Assembly: GCA_015478645.1 (NCBI GenBank)
Contig: JADMIL010000003.1
Location: 1,543 to 65,542, forward strand
DNA from: Candidatus Binataceae bacterium
GTDB lineage: Bacteria > Desulfobacterota > Binatia > Binatales > Binataceae
Length of the DNA: 64,000 bases
Reading direction: 5' to 3'
Positions 9,387 through 19,810 of the stretch are shown in pieces. The notes under the pieces were generated by a model, which was not told the origin of the DNA, ran no database searches, and saw only the letters and a program-made list of their open reading frames with translations. The translations under genes and the position numbers were made by a program. Positions within the stretch are counted from its first letter, which is position 1; each line of letters begins with the position of its first letter.

Positions 9387-10094
9387 ATGGCAGCAAGCTT
9401 CAGCGAGATGCGTGCGCGGCTGCGCACGGCGGCCGGCGAGCGTCTGCGCGCGATCGCCGCCACCGCTCCGATACGCAATTTGACTGCGCGCCTGCGCGCG
9501 CTCGGCGCCAGCGTCACCGGGCGGATCGGGCCGCGCGTCGGCCCCGCGTATGGCAGGTTCCGCGCCTGGTATGCCAAGCGCGAGCCGCGTGAGCGCCTGC
9601 TGCTGCGCGTACTGGCCGGCTTTCTCGCCGCCTTAATCCTCTACAACCTGGTCTACGTGCCGTTCTCCGGCCTGGGCGGCGATATCGCCGACCGCGTCGC
9701 CGCCCGCCAGCAGGAGTTGATCGACGTGCGCGCCCAGATGCGCACCTATGAGCGGCTCAAACTCGAACTCGCGGCGACCGAAAGGCGTACCGTGCCGGGC
9801 AAGGACTTCTCGCTCTTTTCGATCATCGAGCAGGCGCTGACGCGGACCATCGGCCGCGACCGCATCGGTTCGATCACGCCCTCCGATCGGCCCGTGCCGG
9901 GCGGCTTCCAGCAATACACCGTTGATCTCAAACTCACCGCGCTGAGCCTCACGCAGATCGTCGACACACTCTACGGCGTGCAGACGCTGCCGATGCCGGT
10001 GACGGTCTCGAATCTGCACATCCGGCAGACCGCGCCGGGCTCGCGCGCCTACGACGTCGACCTGACCTGCATGGCGCTCGCGCGCAATGAATGA
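9387..10094 (+). CDS. gspM: GspM
   Basis: 235 aa with one TM segment (LLLRVLAGFLAALILYNLVYVPF) followed by a periplasmic domain. Positioned after gspL. Confidence 0.7.
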   Translation: MAASFSEMRARLRTAAGERLRAIAATAPIRNLTARLRALGASVTGRIGPRVGPAYGRFRAWYAKREPRERLLLRVLAGFLAALILYNLVYVPFSGLGGDIADRVAARQQELIDVRAQMRTYERLKLELAATERRTVPGKDFSLFSIIEQALTRTIGRDRIGSITPSDRPVPGGFQQYTVDLKLTALSLTQIVDTLYGVQTLPMPVTVSNLHIRQTAPGSRAYDVDLTCMALARNE

Positions 10095-10956
10095 GGCGGC
10101 GGATTCGACTCCGCAGGCGCGCTGGCTGCGCGGACGCCGCGCGCTAATCGGTTACGCGGTGCTCGGCGCGGTGGTCTTCGTCACCTTTTTGGTGGCCAAT
10201 TTCCCCTACAGCGACACCGTCACGACCATGCTCGCGCCCTACCAGCTCAAGCTGGTCTGCGACGATCAACGTCTGAGTCCGCCGATCGGCGCGGAGCTGC
10301 GCGGCGTGCGCCTTATCTCGACCGCCGGCGGCGACGACGAAGCCGTGCTCGACAGCCCCGCCGTGACCCTCGCGCCGACCCTCGCCTCGCTCTTTCTCGG
10401 GCGGCCCGGACTGCACGTGCGCGCCGATCTTTACGGCGGCATGGTCAAGGCGACGATCGGCCAGCGCGCCGGCGTAACCAATTTGAGCTTCACCCTCGAC
10501 GCGCTCGATCTGGCCGACGGCCGCCCGCTCAGGCGGTTCGGCGCGGTGATCGACGGCCGCCTGTCGGGCATCGGCAGTGCGATCATCGCCGGGCCCAATA
10601 TCCCCGATAACAGCGGCCGCCTCACGCTCGACGGCCGCGACCTCTCGCTCGCAATTGCCGACGGCTTTCCCGCCGTCCATCTGGGCACCCTCACCGGGCT
10701 GGTCCAGCTCGCCGCGGGCGCGCTCAGGCTCGACGGCCTCGAGACCCACGGCGCGGATCTCGATTTGAAGGTCAATGGCACGATTCAGCTCGGCGCTACG
10801 CTCGACGACAGCACGATCGATCTGACTTTCTCTTTGGCGCCGACCCAGAGCGGACGCGACCATTTTGGATTTTTTCTCCGCATGCTGCCGCATCCGCCCG
10901 GTCCCAATGCTCCGTACACATTGCAAGGCGATCTGCTCGCGCCGTCGCTGAGCTGA
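10087..10956 (+). CDS. gspN: GspN-like protein
   Basis: 289 aa with an N-terminal TM segment (LIGYAVLGAVVFVTFLVANF) and a Gly/Leu/Asp-rich beta-type periplasmic region. Overlaps the gspM stop by 8 nt. Family call is by position and general resemblance only. Confidence 0.6.
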   Translation: MNEAADSTPQARWLRGRRALIGYAVLGAVVFVTFLVANFPYSDTVTTMLAPYQLKLVCDDQRLSPPIGAELRGVRLISTAGGDDEAVLDSPAVTLAPTLASLFLGRPGLHVRADLYGGMVKATIGQRAGVTNLSFTLDALDLADGRPLRRFGAVIDGRLSGIGSAIIAGPNIPDNSGRLTLDGRDLSLAIADGFPAVHLGTLTGLVQLAAGALRLDGLETHGADLDLKVNGTIQLGATLDDSTIDLTFSLAPTQSGRDHFGFFLRMLPHPPGPNAPYTLQGDLLAPSLS

Positions 10957-10984
10957 CGAGCATCGCGCGCGGTAAGCGCACACT

Positions 10985-11755
10985 TCAGGCCGGCGCGCGC
11001 GCGAAGTACTCGGCGATCGCCTCACGGAAGCGGCGGTCGGCCGGCGCGCTCAGATGGTCGGCGCCGTCGAGGCGCAGCACCTGCGCGTCGCTGAAGAACG
11101 GCGTCATGCCGTGCGGATCGCCGACCATCCGATCGCGCGTGCCGGCCAGCAGCAGCACCGGCACGGCGACCGGCGCGCGCCCGCTCAAGTCGGGCATCGT
11201 CTCCTCGGCGCCCATGCATGCGGCCAGCGCCTTCAAGTCATTGCCGGGGCGCTCGACCCCGCGGCGAAAGCGGCGCGGCAAATCGTTGGTATGATCGGCC
11301 GCGTGAGGCGCGTCGGGATCGTCCGCCGCGAGCATCGCGGCAATCCGCTGGCGCTGCCCCGGCACCGACATCGCACCATTGCCGCCGAAGCCGCCGAGCA
11401 CCGCCGCACGGATCCGCTCCGGATAGCCCAGGATCAACTCGAGGCTGATCCGGCTGCCCATCGAATAGCCGGCCAGCAGCGTCCGGCGAATCCCGAGATG
11501 GTCGAGCAGGCCCGCAAGGTCACCGGACATGTTGCCCATCCCGTAGCGCTCGCGTTCGTGCGGCTTGTCGCTGCGCCCGTGGCCGCGATGGTCGGGGGCG
11601 ATCACGCGGTAGCGCGTGGCCAGGAACTCGATCAGGCCGGTGTCGCCCCAATCGCGGCGCGCGCTGGTGCCGAAGCCATGCACCAGCATCACCGGCGCGC
11701 CGGCGCCGTGGTCCTCGTAGTGGATGCGCACGCCGCGCGAATCGAAAATCGGCAT
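10985..11755 (-). CDS. alpha/beta hydrolase
   Basis: HGFG oxyanion motif, GYSMG nucleophile elbow, 256 aa. Confidence 0.85.
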   Translation of the reverse strand: MPIFDSRGVRIHYEDHGAGAPVMLVHGFGTSARRDWGDTGLIEFLATRYRVIAPDHRGHGRSDKPHERERYGMGNMSGDLAGLLDHLGIRRTLLAGYSMGSRISLELILGYPERIRAAVLGGFGGNGAMSVPGQRQRIAAMLAADDPDAPHAADHTNDLPRRFRRGVERPGNDLKALAACMGAEETMPDLSGRAPVAVPVLLLAGTRDRMVGDPHGMTPFFSDAQVLRLDGADHLSAPADRRFREAIAEYFARAPA

Positions 11756-11896
11756 CGCGATTACACCTCGCGTGTAACATTACGATCCGCCGCGGCGGCT
11801 GGCGACCGCGCCCGGCGCCTTGCGGAGCATTTTTAATCGGGGCACAATCGCGCTGCGTTCGAGACGCGTAATTTTTTTTGCAGCGACGGAGCGATC

Positions 11897-12901
11897 ATGA
11901 CGCAAGCGGCAGGAAAACTCGGACTGGAGATGTCGATCGCGGCGGGGGCCTTTGCCGTCACGCCGCGGCTTGCGCGCGAGGCCGAAGATCTCGGCTACGC
12001 GTCGATCTGGGTCCCCGAGGTTAGCGGACCCGACGCCTTCGTCACACTCGGCGCGATCGCGCAGGCCACCACCCGCGCCGATCTCGCCACCGGCATCGTG
12101 CCGATCCAGATCCGTACGCCAGGCGCGATGGCAATGGGCTTTCTGACGCTGGGCGAGCTTTCCGGCGGACGCGCGATCGCCGGACTCGGCGTCTCGAGCC
12201 CGATCATCGTCGAGCGCTGGCACGGCGCGGCCTATCGCAAGCCGGTCACCGCGATGCGCGAATGCGTGACGATTCTGCGCCAGCTCTTCACCGAAGGGCG
12301 CAGCAAATTCGAGGGCCACGTCTATCGCTGCGACTTCAAACTCGGCATGCAACGCTCGCAGCCGCCGCCGCGCATCTACCTGGCCGCGCTGAATCCGCCG
12401 ATGCTGCGGCTGGCCGGCGAAGTCGCCGACGGCGTGCTGCTGAACTACTCGCCGCCGGCCGGCGTGGTCGCGAAAATTGCCGAGGTGCGCGCGGGCGCCG
12501 AGGCCGCCGGGCGCCAACTCACCGACGTCGATATCGCGATTTACCTGCGCATGTGTATCACCGAGGACGTGCCCGGCGCCGTCGCCGCCTTCAAGCGCGA
12601 ACTGGCCGGCTACGCGTTCGTCGATCAGTACAATGCGATGTTCGCGCGCTTCGGCCTGGCCGATGAATTCGCCGAAGTGCGCCGCCTGTGGCGCGAGGGC
12701 CGCCGCGACGAGGCGCCCAACGCGCTGAGCGACGCGTCGGCTTTCAAGCTCGGGGCCTTCGGCGCAGCGGCCACCGGACGGCAATTCGTCGCCGACTTTC
12801 GCGCCGTCGGCGTCAACCATCCGGTGGTCTTTCCGACCGGTTCGGGGCGCAATCCGTTGGCAGATTTCACCACCACTATGGCCGCCCTGGCGGGCGCCTG
12901 A
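11897..12901 (+). CDS. LLM-class (luciferase-like) flavin/F420-dependent oxidoreductase
   Basis: 334 aa. Typical LLM N-terminus (AREAEDLGYASIWVPE) with a GGAG Shine-Dalgarno motif upstream. Confidence 0.85.
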   Translation: MTQAAGKLGLEMSIAAGAFAVTPRLAREAEDLGYASIWVPEVSGPDAFVTLGAIAQATTRADLATGIVPIQIRTPGAMAMGFLTLGELSGGRAIAGLGVSSPIIVERWHGAAYRKPVTAMRECVTILRQLFTEGRSKFEGHVYRCDFKLGMQRSQPPPRIYLAALNPPMLRLAGEVADGVLLNYSPPAGVVAKIAEVRAGAEAAGRQLTDVDIAIYLRMCITEDVPGAVAAFKRELAGYAFVDQYNAMFARFGLADEFAEVRRLWREGRRDEAPNALSDASAFKLGAFGAAATGRQFVADFRAVGVNHPVVFPTGSGRNPLADFTTTMAALAGA

Positions 12902-13024
12902 ACGAATCTCCAAGGCGGCCTGACGAGCGACCGGCATGGTCCGGCGGGCAGCCACTTTGCGCGGCGCAGGGAGCATCGCTATGATTCTTTTGGGGCGGGA
13001 AAATCGATCGCACCGGTGTCACCT

Positions 13025-13513
13025 ATGAAGCGACTATCGATGGCCGTCTCCGTCGGCGTTTTCGCCCTGGTCCTGGGTGGCCGTGCCGCATTTGCCCAGC
13101 CCGCGATAATTCCGCATCTCGGGCGCGCACCGCATGACGCGAGCGCGACTTTCCGTACGCTCAAGAGCTACTTCGCGGACACCCCGCTGAGCCAGTTCCG
13201 GCTGGTCAGCGCCGACCCGGCGACGCGCACGATCGTCGCCAAGCGCAGCGCAATCGATTCGGCGACCTGGACCAAATGGGCTTACTGCAAGATGAGCGCG
13301 ACCCATCTGATCGACTCGCTCAATGACGCGTCGGCCACCGTCAATGTCAAGATTGATCGCGCCGGGCACCATGCGAGCGAGGTGCGGGTCGGCGTGGATT
13401 TCGAAGGCACCTACGGGCTGGGATCGAATGTGGCCACCCAGCAATGCATCTCCAACGGCGTGCTCGAACAGAGCATCCTGGTGACCGCCGGCGTGCCCGC
13501 GGCGGCGAATTAA
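13025..13513 (+). CDS. secreted hypothetical protein
   Basis: Signal peptide MKRLSMAVSVGVFALVLGGRAAFA-QP. No family recognised. Confidence 0.6.
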   Translation: MKRLSMAVSVGVFALVLGGRAAFAQPAIIPHLGRAPHDASATFRTLKSYFADTPLSQFRLVSADPATRTIVAKRSAIDSATWTKWAYCKMSATHLIDSLNDASATVNVKIDRAGHHASEVRVGVDFEGTYGLGSNVATQQCISNGVLEQSILVTAGVPAAAN

Positions 13514-13527
13514 CGGCGGCCGCGCGG

Positions 13528-13989
13528 ATGGCTCCGCCAACTGCGCCCGGCGCGCGCATCGCATTGGTCGATCTGAACCGGCTAATCCGCGACAACCGCA
13601 TCGCCGAGTACCCCTCGCCGAATCTCGCGCTGGGCATGCGCCCGCTGGAATTCGGCCCGGGGACCTCGCGCTGGACATGGACCGATCAGCCGCCGGCGGC
13701 GTTGAATCCGTTCGGCCTGCTGCAGGGCGGCTACCTGGCGATGTTCGTCGACGAACTATGCTCGACCGCGATCGCCTCGGTGCTCGAGGAGCGCGAATGG
13801 TCGGTCACGGCGGAATGCAAAATATCCTACCTGCGCGCGCTCAAGCCGGGCACAATCGCGGGGACCGCCGAAGTGATCCGGCGCAGCCGATCGCTCGCCT
13901 TTCTCGAAGCCGAGTTGCGCGGCGCGGACGGCCGGATCGCGGTTCGAGCCAGTGCGACGTGGGCGATTTCCCAATCGCAATCGGGCTAG
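13528..13989 (+). CDS. PaaI-family hotdog-fold thioesterase
   Basis: Pattern NPFGLLQGGYLAMFVDE ... GTAEVIRRSRSLAFLEAELR is typical of PaaI/4HBT thioesterases. Confidence 0.8.
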   Translation: MAPPTAPGARIALVDLNRLIRDNRIAEYPSPNLALGMRPLEFGPGTSRWTWTDQPPAALNPFGLLQGGYLAMFVDELCSTAIASVLEEREWSVTAECKISYLRALKPGTIAGTAEVIRRSRSLAFLEAELRGADGRIAVRASATWAISQSQSG

Positions 13990-14082
13990 TATCCGTCCGG
14001 CAAACAACTTCGCGGCGCGGCGCGCGAACCGGATCGCCGGCCGCCGCTAACCGTCGCACGAAAGCGTATTCGTTGAGCAGGC

Positions 14083-15087
14083 GTGATGATCAGATTTGAA
14101 GACCTTGACCTTGAGCGGATGGTGGCCGACGTACTGGCCGGGCGCGAGCTGGATCGACCGGTCGCACGAGCCGTCCTGAATTGCCCCGACGAGCGGCTCG
14201 GCGAGTTGCTGGCCGCCACCCTCAAAGTGCGCGAGGTGGCCTTTGGCCGGCGCGTCAAGCTCTGTATCCTGCGCAACGCGCAGAGCGGAATATGCGCCGA
14301 GGATTGTCATTACTGTTCGCAGTCGCGCATCTCGGCCGCGGAGATTCCGGTGTACCGCTTGCAGAGCGTCGACGCACTGGTCGAGGGTGCGCGGCAGGCG
14401 GTGGCCAGCGGCGCGCGGCGCTACTGCATGGTGTGCAGCATGCGCGGTCCGGCGGCGCGCGACATCGAGCATCTGAGCGCCGCGTGCACGCGAATCAAGG
14501 CGGAGTATCCGGACCTCGAGCTATGTCTGTCGCTGGGCCTGATGAGCCGCGAGCAGGCCGACACGCTGAAGGCGGCCGGCGCCGGCTGGATCAATCACAA
14601 CCTCAACACCAGCCGCCGCTTCTACCCGAAAATCTGCACGACTCATTCGTGGGATGACCGCGTCGCGACGATCGAAAACGTGCGCGCGGCGGGACTCGCC
14701 ACATGCAGCGGCGGAATCGTCGGGATGGGCGAGGATGACGACGATATCCTGGACCTGGCGTACGCGACGCGCCGCCTCGGTATCGACTCGGTGCCGATTA
14801 ATTTCCTCAATCCGATTGCCGGCACGCCGCTGGCCGGGACGCACGAGCTGACGCCGGCCAAATGCCTCAAGGTGGCCTGCCTGTTTCGCCTGCTCAACCC
14901 GCGCAGCGAGGTGCGCGCGGCGGGCGGCCGCGAGCTTAATCTCGGCGATCGCCAGGCCGAACTTTTCAACGCGGTGAATTCGGTCTTTGTCAACGGCTAC
15001 CTGACCACGCCCGGACTCGACCATCGGCGCACGCGCGAGCTGATCGAGCGCGGCGGCTTCGAGGTCGAGGAGTGGCCGGCCGGCTAG
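14083..15087 (+). CDS. bioB: biotin synthase
   Basis: Radical-SAM CAEDCHYCSQS motif, and BioB-type motifs NHNLNTS and GGIVGMGE. Confidence 0.93.
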   Translation: MMIRFEDLDLERMVADVLAGRELDRPVARAVLNCPDERLGELLAATLKVREVAFGRRVKLCILRNAQSGICAEDCHYCSQSRISAAEIPVYRLQSVDALVEGARQAVASGARRYCMVCSMRGPAARDIEHLSAACTRIKAEYPDLELCLSLGLMSREQADTLKAAGAGWINHNLNTSRRFYPKICTTHSWDDRVATIENVRAAGLATCSGGIVGMGEDDDDILDLAYATRRLGIDSVPINFLNPIAGTPLAGTHELTPAKCLKVACLFRLLNPRSEVRAAGGRELNLGDRQAELFNAVNSVFVNGYLTTPGLDHRRTRELIERGGFEVEEWPAG

Positions 15088-15101
15088 ATCTCCTTGATCG
15101 G

Positions 15102-15701
15102 CTAAACTGCCTTGATCGAGCGGCCGGCGATCACTTCGTCGATCAGGCCGTACTCGGCGGCTTCGCGCGCGCTCAGAAAATTGTCGCGGTCGGTATCTTT
15201 TTCGATCCGTTTGATCGGCTGGCCGGTATGGATGGCGAGCACCTGGTTGAGCAGATCGCGCAGCCGCAGCGCCTCGCGCGCCTGGATATCGATATCCGCC
15301 GCCTGGCCCTCGAAGCCGCCCGACAACTGATGGATCATGATGCGCGAATGGGGCAGCGAGTAGCGCTTGCCCTTTTCGCCCGCCGCCAGCAGCACCGCGC
15401 CCATGCTCGCCGCCTGGCCGACGCACAGGGTCGAGACCGGCGGCTTGACGAACTGCATCGTGTCGTAAATCGCTAAGCCGGCCGTCACTGAACCACCAGG
15501 CGAGTTTATATACATATTGATTTCACGGTCGGGATCTTCGGATTCCAGGAACAGCAACTGCGCCGTGACGACGTTGGCCAGGTCGTCCGTGACCTGCCCG
15601 CCGACGAACACGATGCGATCCTTCAGCAGGCGCGAATAGATATCGTACGAGCGCTCGCCGCGCCCCGTCTGTTCGACCACGAACGGAACTAAAATGCCCA
15701 T
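15102..15701 (-). CDS. clpP: ATP-dependent Clp protease proteolytic subunit
   Basis: [19 protein letters not shown] and YINSPGGSV. Catalytic Ser lies in GQAASMGA and catalytic His in IMIHQ. Confidence 0.95.
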   Translation of the reverse strand: MGILVPFVVEQTGRGERSYDIYSRLLKDRIVFVGGQVTDDLANVVTAQLLFLESEDPDREINMYINSPGGSVTAGLAIYDTMQFVKPPVSTLCVGQAASMGAVLLAAGEKGKRYSLPHSRIMIHQLSGGFEGQAADIDIQAREALRLRDLLNQVLAIHTGQPIKRIEKDTDRDNFLSAREAAEYGLIDEVIAGRSIKAV

Positions 15702-15809
15702 GGAGATGATTTTACTCCCTCGCGCCGGCCGCGGTCGAGCACGGCCGCAAACCCTCCGCCGATACTCAGGCGCGCGCCACGATCGCCGGCGTCGGCGCGC
15801 GCGGTGTGT

Positions 15810-16658
15810 CTAGCGCAGCCTGAAGCGCTCGCCGAGGAAGACCTGGCGCACGCGCTCGTCCTCGACAATCTGGCTCGGCGTGCCCTCGAACAGGATCTTG
15901 CCGGCGTGGATTACGTAGGCGCGGTCGATGATCGAGAGCGTCTCCTGCACGTTATGATCGGAGATCAGCACGCCGATGCCGCGCTCTTTCAGGTACGTGA
16001 TGATGCGCTGAATTTCGATCACGGTGATCGGGTCGATTCCGGCGAAGGGCTCGTCGAGGCACAGAAACAACGGATTGAGCACCAGCGCGCGGGTGATTTC
16101 GACCTTGCGCCGCTCGCCGCCAGAAAGCACGCCGGCCTTGGACTTGGCGATCCGCGCGATGTCGAGTTCGTCGAGCAGCGTCTGCAGGCGCGCTTGCCGC
16201 TCCTCGTCCGTCAGCGGCAGGGTCTCGAGCACCGCGAGCAGGTTCTGCTCGACCGTCAGCTTGCGAAAGACCGACGGCTCCTGCGGCAGATAGCTGATAC
16301 CGCGCCGCGCCCGCTGGTACAGCGGCAGCATCGTGATGTCGTCGCGGCCGAGCGTAATCGTGCCCGTGTCGGGCCTGAGCAGACCCACCAGCATGTAAAA
16401 CGTGGTCGTCTTGCCGGCGCCGTTGGGGCCCAGCATGCCCACCACTTCGCCATTGGCGACGCGCACCGCAACATCATTGACCACCGCTCGCCCACCGTAG
16501 CGCTTGGTCAGGCCATGGCCTTCGAGCGCGGCGTCGGTCCGCAATCCCGCCATCACGGCGATATTCGGCGCATCCGCATCGACGGCGGCGGCAGGCGGCG
16601 CAGCGACCACGGCGGCGCCCGACGGCGAAGCGAGTTTGACCTGCTCTAATCTGGCCAT
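15810..16658 (-). CDS. lptB: LPS export ABC transporter ATP-binding protein LptB
   Basis: [46 protein letters not shown]. The annotated start gives a roughly 35-aa Ala-rich extension; an alternative ATG is at 16553. Confidence 0.9.
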   Translation of the reverse strand: MARLEQVKLASPSGAAVVAAPPAAAVDADAPNIAVMAGLRTDAALEGHGLTKRYGGRAVVNDVAVRVANGEVVGMLGPNGAGKTTTFYMLVGLLRPDTGTITLGRDDITMLPLYQRARRGISYLPQEPSVFRKLTVEQNLLAVLETLPLTDEERQARLQTLLDELDIARIAKSKAGVLSGGERRKVEITRALVLNPLFLCLDEPFAGIDPITVIEIQRIITYLKERGIGVLISDHNVQETLSIIDRAYVIHAGKILFEGTPSQIVEDERVRQVFLGERFRLR

Positions 16659-16870
16659 GGTTCAACGCGCCGGTACAGGCGCCATGACGGTTTTAGCTGC
16701 TTTTGCGGCCCTATGGAATCTCGTCAGATGCAACTGCCCCTTCCTTGTGTACAAGCGAACGTCCGCGTTTGCTAAATCACATGACGAATCGGGCGCCCTG
16801 CGGTTACATCGCATGGCAGGCCGCCATCGTTCGGCCGGATTTGCTGGACAATGGCGCGGGCGCGGACGCG

Positions 16871-18388
16871 CTACGGATTCATCCAGGTACGGCCGTCGGC
16901 GCGTATCAACTGTTCGGCCGCCGCGGGACCGTAGGTGCCCGCCGCATACTCGTGCATCGGCACCGCGCGATTGTCGCGCCATTGATCAAGCACCGATTCC
17001 ACGAATTCCCACGACTTCTCGACGAACTGCGCGCTGACGAACAGCGTATGGTCGCCCGACATCACGTCGAGCAGCAGGCGTTCGTAGGCGTCGGGCGACG
17101 GTCCGCTAAATTCGCTGTCGTAGCGCAGATTCATTCTGACCGGCCGCAGCGCGATATCCAAGCCGGGCCGCTTGGCCAGCACTTCGAACGAAAACCCTTC
17201 GTCGGGCTGGATCCGGATCGTCAGGGCGTTGGGCGGCAGCGACTGTTCGCGATTGAAGAGGATCTTTGGGACATCCTTGAACTGGACATAGATGATGCTC
17301 GCCCGCGCGGGCATCCGCTTGCCGGTGCGCAGGTAAAACGGCACGCCCGACCAGCGCCAGTTGTCGATGTAGGTCTTGAGCGCGACGAAGGTCTCGGTCT
17401 GCGAGGTCGCCGGGATGGACTGCTCCTGCAGGTAGCCGCGCAGCTTTTCGCCATCGAGGGTGCCGGCGCCGTAGCGCGCGCGCACCGCCAGGTTGCGCGC
17501 TTGGCTCGGTGGGATCGGCCGCAGCGCGCGCAGGACGTTGAGCTTCGACTCGCGAATCGCCGCCGCGTCGAGCGCCACCGGCGCCTCCATCGCGATCAGC
17601 GCGAGCAGTTGCAGCATGTGGTTCTGCACCATGTCGCGCAGCGCGCCGGCCGGGTCGTAATACATTGCGCGCGAACCCACCCCTTCGCTCTCGGCCACGG
17701 TGATCTGCACGTGGTCGACGTTGCGCGCGCCCCACATCCGCTCGAAGATCGTGTTGGCGAAGCGCAGGACCATCAGGTCCTGCACGGTCTCCTTGCCCAG
17801 GTAATGGTCGATGCGGAAGATTTGCGACTCGTCAAAATAGCGCTGCAGGATCGCCTGCACCTTGCGCGCGCTGGCGAGATCGGTGCCGATCGGCTTTTCG
17901 ACCACCACCCGGGTGAAGTTGGCCGCGCCCGGCTTGGCGATCAGCCCCGCACTATCGAGCCGCTCGACGCATTCAGGCACCGCTTCGGGCGGCACCGAAA
18001 GATAATAGATCCGATTGGCCGGCAGGCCCTGCGCCGCCTCGGTCTCCTCGATCCGCGCCTTGAGCCGGCGAAAACCCTCGGGCTGATCGAGGCCCGGCAG
18101 GTAATCGAGTCCGGTGGCAAATTCCTGCCAGCAATTCTCCTCGAGTTCGAGGCGCGAAAACTTGGCCGCGGCGGTGCGCGCGGTTGCGCGGAATTCCTCC
18201 ACCGCCATCGGCCGGCGGGCGAAGCCAAGCACGGCGAATTTTGGCGGAGCGACATCCTGGCCGCACGCGCGCAAGTTATAGAGGGCGGGAATCAGCTTGC
18301 GCCGGGCGAGATCGCCCGAGGCGCCAAAGATCACCACGGTGCATTGAGAGGGAGTCTGCGCCTGGGCTATGGATATCGACGAATTCAC
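16871..18388 (-). CDS. zwf: glucose-6-phosphate dehydrogenase
   Basis: IFGASGDLARRKLIPALYNL and RIDHYLGKE motifs. GTG start with AAGGA upstream. Confidence 0.95.
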   Translation of the reverse strand: MNSSISIAQAQTPSQCTVVIFGASGDLARRKLIPALYNLRACGQDVAPPKFAVLGFARRPMAVEEFRATARTAAAKFSRLELEENCWQEFATGLDYLPGLDQPEGFRRLKARIEETEAAQGLPANRIYYLSVPPEAVPECVERLDSAGLIAKPGAANFTRVVVEKPIGTDLASARKVQAILQRYFDESQIFRIDHYLGKETVQDLMVLRFANTIFERMWGARNVDHVQITVAESEGVGSRAMYYDPAGALRDMVQNHMLQLLALIAMEAPVALDAAAIRESKLNVLRALRPIPPSQARNLAVRARYGAGTLDGEKLRGYLQEQSIPATSQTETFVALKTYIDNWRWSGVPFYLRTGKRMPARASIIYVQFKDVPKILFNREQSLPPNALTIRIQPDEGFSFEVLAKRPGLDIALRPVRMNLRYDSEFSGPSPDAYERLLLDVMSGDHTLFVSAQFVEKSWEFVESVLDQWRDNRAVPMHEYAAGTYGPAAAEQLIRADGRTWMNP

Positions 18389-18543
18389 TAAAAATCATCC
18401 TTATACGCGGTGGGCTGCGCGGGCCTTGATCGATCGGCGCGCACCGGCCAAAATCAATGACGTGGGCTCAATCCATTTGATCGTTCCGCGCCGGCGCGCC
18501 GCCGGCGGCTCCGGGTCCATCGTCCTTCGAGTTAATCCCTGAC

Positions 18544-19035
18544 ATGCCAACGGAGCAAGTGCGCGAGCCAACCAAACCCCCGGACGACGCTTCGGCCCAG
18601 CACCACGCCGCGCGGGCATCCCGCCTCCAGGTCTGGATTCCGGCCGCCGCCTGGGCCGTCGCGCTGTTTGTGCTCTCGACGACAATTTTTTCCGCCGCCA
18701 ATACCTCGCTCATCATCGTCCCGGTGCTGCGCTTCGTGCTGCCCAACGCCTCGCTCGCGACGATCTCGATGATGCACGGCTTGATCCGCAAGTCGGCGCA
18801 TTTCACCAATTACGGCATCCTGTTCTGGCTCCTGATTCGCGGGCCGATGGTCGGCCGGCCGTACACCGCGCTGGCGCTGTGCGTCGCGTATGCATTCCTG
18901 GACGAGGGCCATCAGCTCTTCGTCCCCGGACGCACGCCGTCCCTGTATGACGTTACGCTCGACTCGAGCGGCGCCCTGTTCAGCCGCTTTCTCAACGCCG
19001 CGGTCGACGACGTAAGCGCGCGCGCGGCCGCCTAA
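18544..19035 (+). CDS. VanZ family membrane protein
   Basis: RKSAHFTNYGILFWLL and DEGHQLFVPGRTPSLYDV motifs. Confidence 0.75.
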   Translation: MPTEQVREPTKPPDDASAQHHAARASRLQVWIPAAAWAVALFVLSTTIFSAANTSLIIVPVLRFVLPNASLATISMMHGLIRKSAHFTNYGILFWLLIRGPMVGRPYTALALCVAYAFLDEGHQLFVPGRTPSLYDVTLDSSGALFSRFLNAAVDDVSARAAA

Positions 19036-19703
19036 GTCTCGGGCTCGAGGGTCGCGCGAATCCGATCAACCCGCCCGTACCAGGCGCTCAGGTTTTCCAT
19101 TTCCGCCGGAATCTTCAGTTCGCCGCCGATCGCCAGGTATCCGAGCTGTCCATAGAGCGCGAAGTCCGCGTAACCGATTCGTCCGAGCAGGAATGCGCGA
19201 TCGGCGAGGGTAGCGTCGAGCGGCGCGAGCAGCTCGTGCGCGCGCGCCATCGCGGCGTCGTGCGCGCGGACGGTCGCGTCGCAGAAGCCGGCACCGTATT
19301 TGCGCTCGCGGATCAATCGATAGAAGGCCTCGTGGCCGCGGCCCAGCCGCGCATAGTGGGCGATTTCGCCGGGCAGCGCCGCGCGAAACAGCGCGTCCTC
19401 GAGTTCGCCGTCGAAGTAGCGCGCGAGCGCGAGATGAATGCCGCGCCATTGGGGCGGAAAGATCGTCGGCTCGGGATATAGCTCATCGAGCCGCGCCGCA
19501 ATCCGATCCGAATCCGCGATCGTCTCGCCACTCTCCAGAGTAAGCGCCGGAACCATCAATTGGCCGGATGCGGCGAGCAGATCCTTGCGCTCAAGATAGT
19601 CGACTTCAACTACGCGATAATCGAGTCCCTTAAAGTCGAGAATCTTGCGCACTTTGGCGCAGAAGGGACTGGTGCTGAACTGGTAGAGAGTCAGAATAGT
19701 CAT
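19032..19703 (-). CDS. glutathione S-transferase family protein
   Basis: Thioredoxin-like N-terminus MTILTLYQFSTSPFCAKVRKILDFKGLDY ... VPAL. The ORF-track start at 19715 is TTG; the ATG at 19703 is preferred. Confidence 0.8.
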   Translation of the reverse strand: MTILTLYQFSTSPFCAKVRKILDFKGLDYRVVEVDYLERKDLLAASGQLMVPALTLESGETIADSDRIAARLDELYPEPTIFPPQWRGIHLALARYFDGELEDALFRAALPGEIAHYARLGRGHEAFYRLIRERKYGAGFCDATVRAHDAAMARAHELLAPLDATLADRAFLLGRIGYADFALYGQLGYLAIGGELKIPAEMENLSAWYGRVDRIRATLEPET

Positions 19704-19810
19704 CGCGCACCGCAAAACGATCGCCGCACGCGCGTGGGGCGATCGTCCTGCACGGTCTACGATAGCAGCCGGCCTGCGGCGTGATAATCCGCCGCGCGAT
19801 CATGCGCGCG

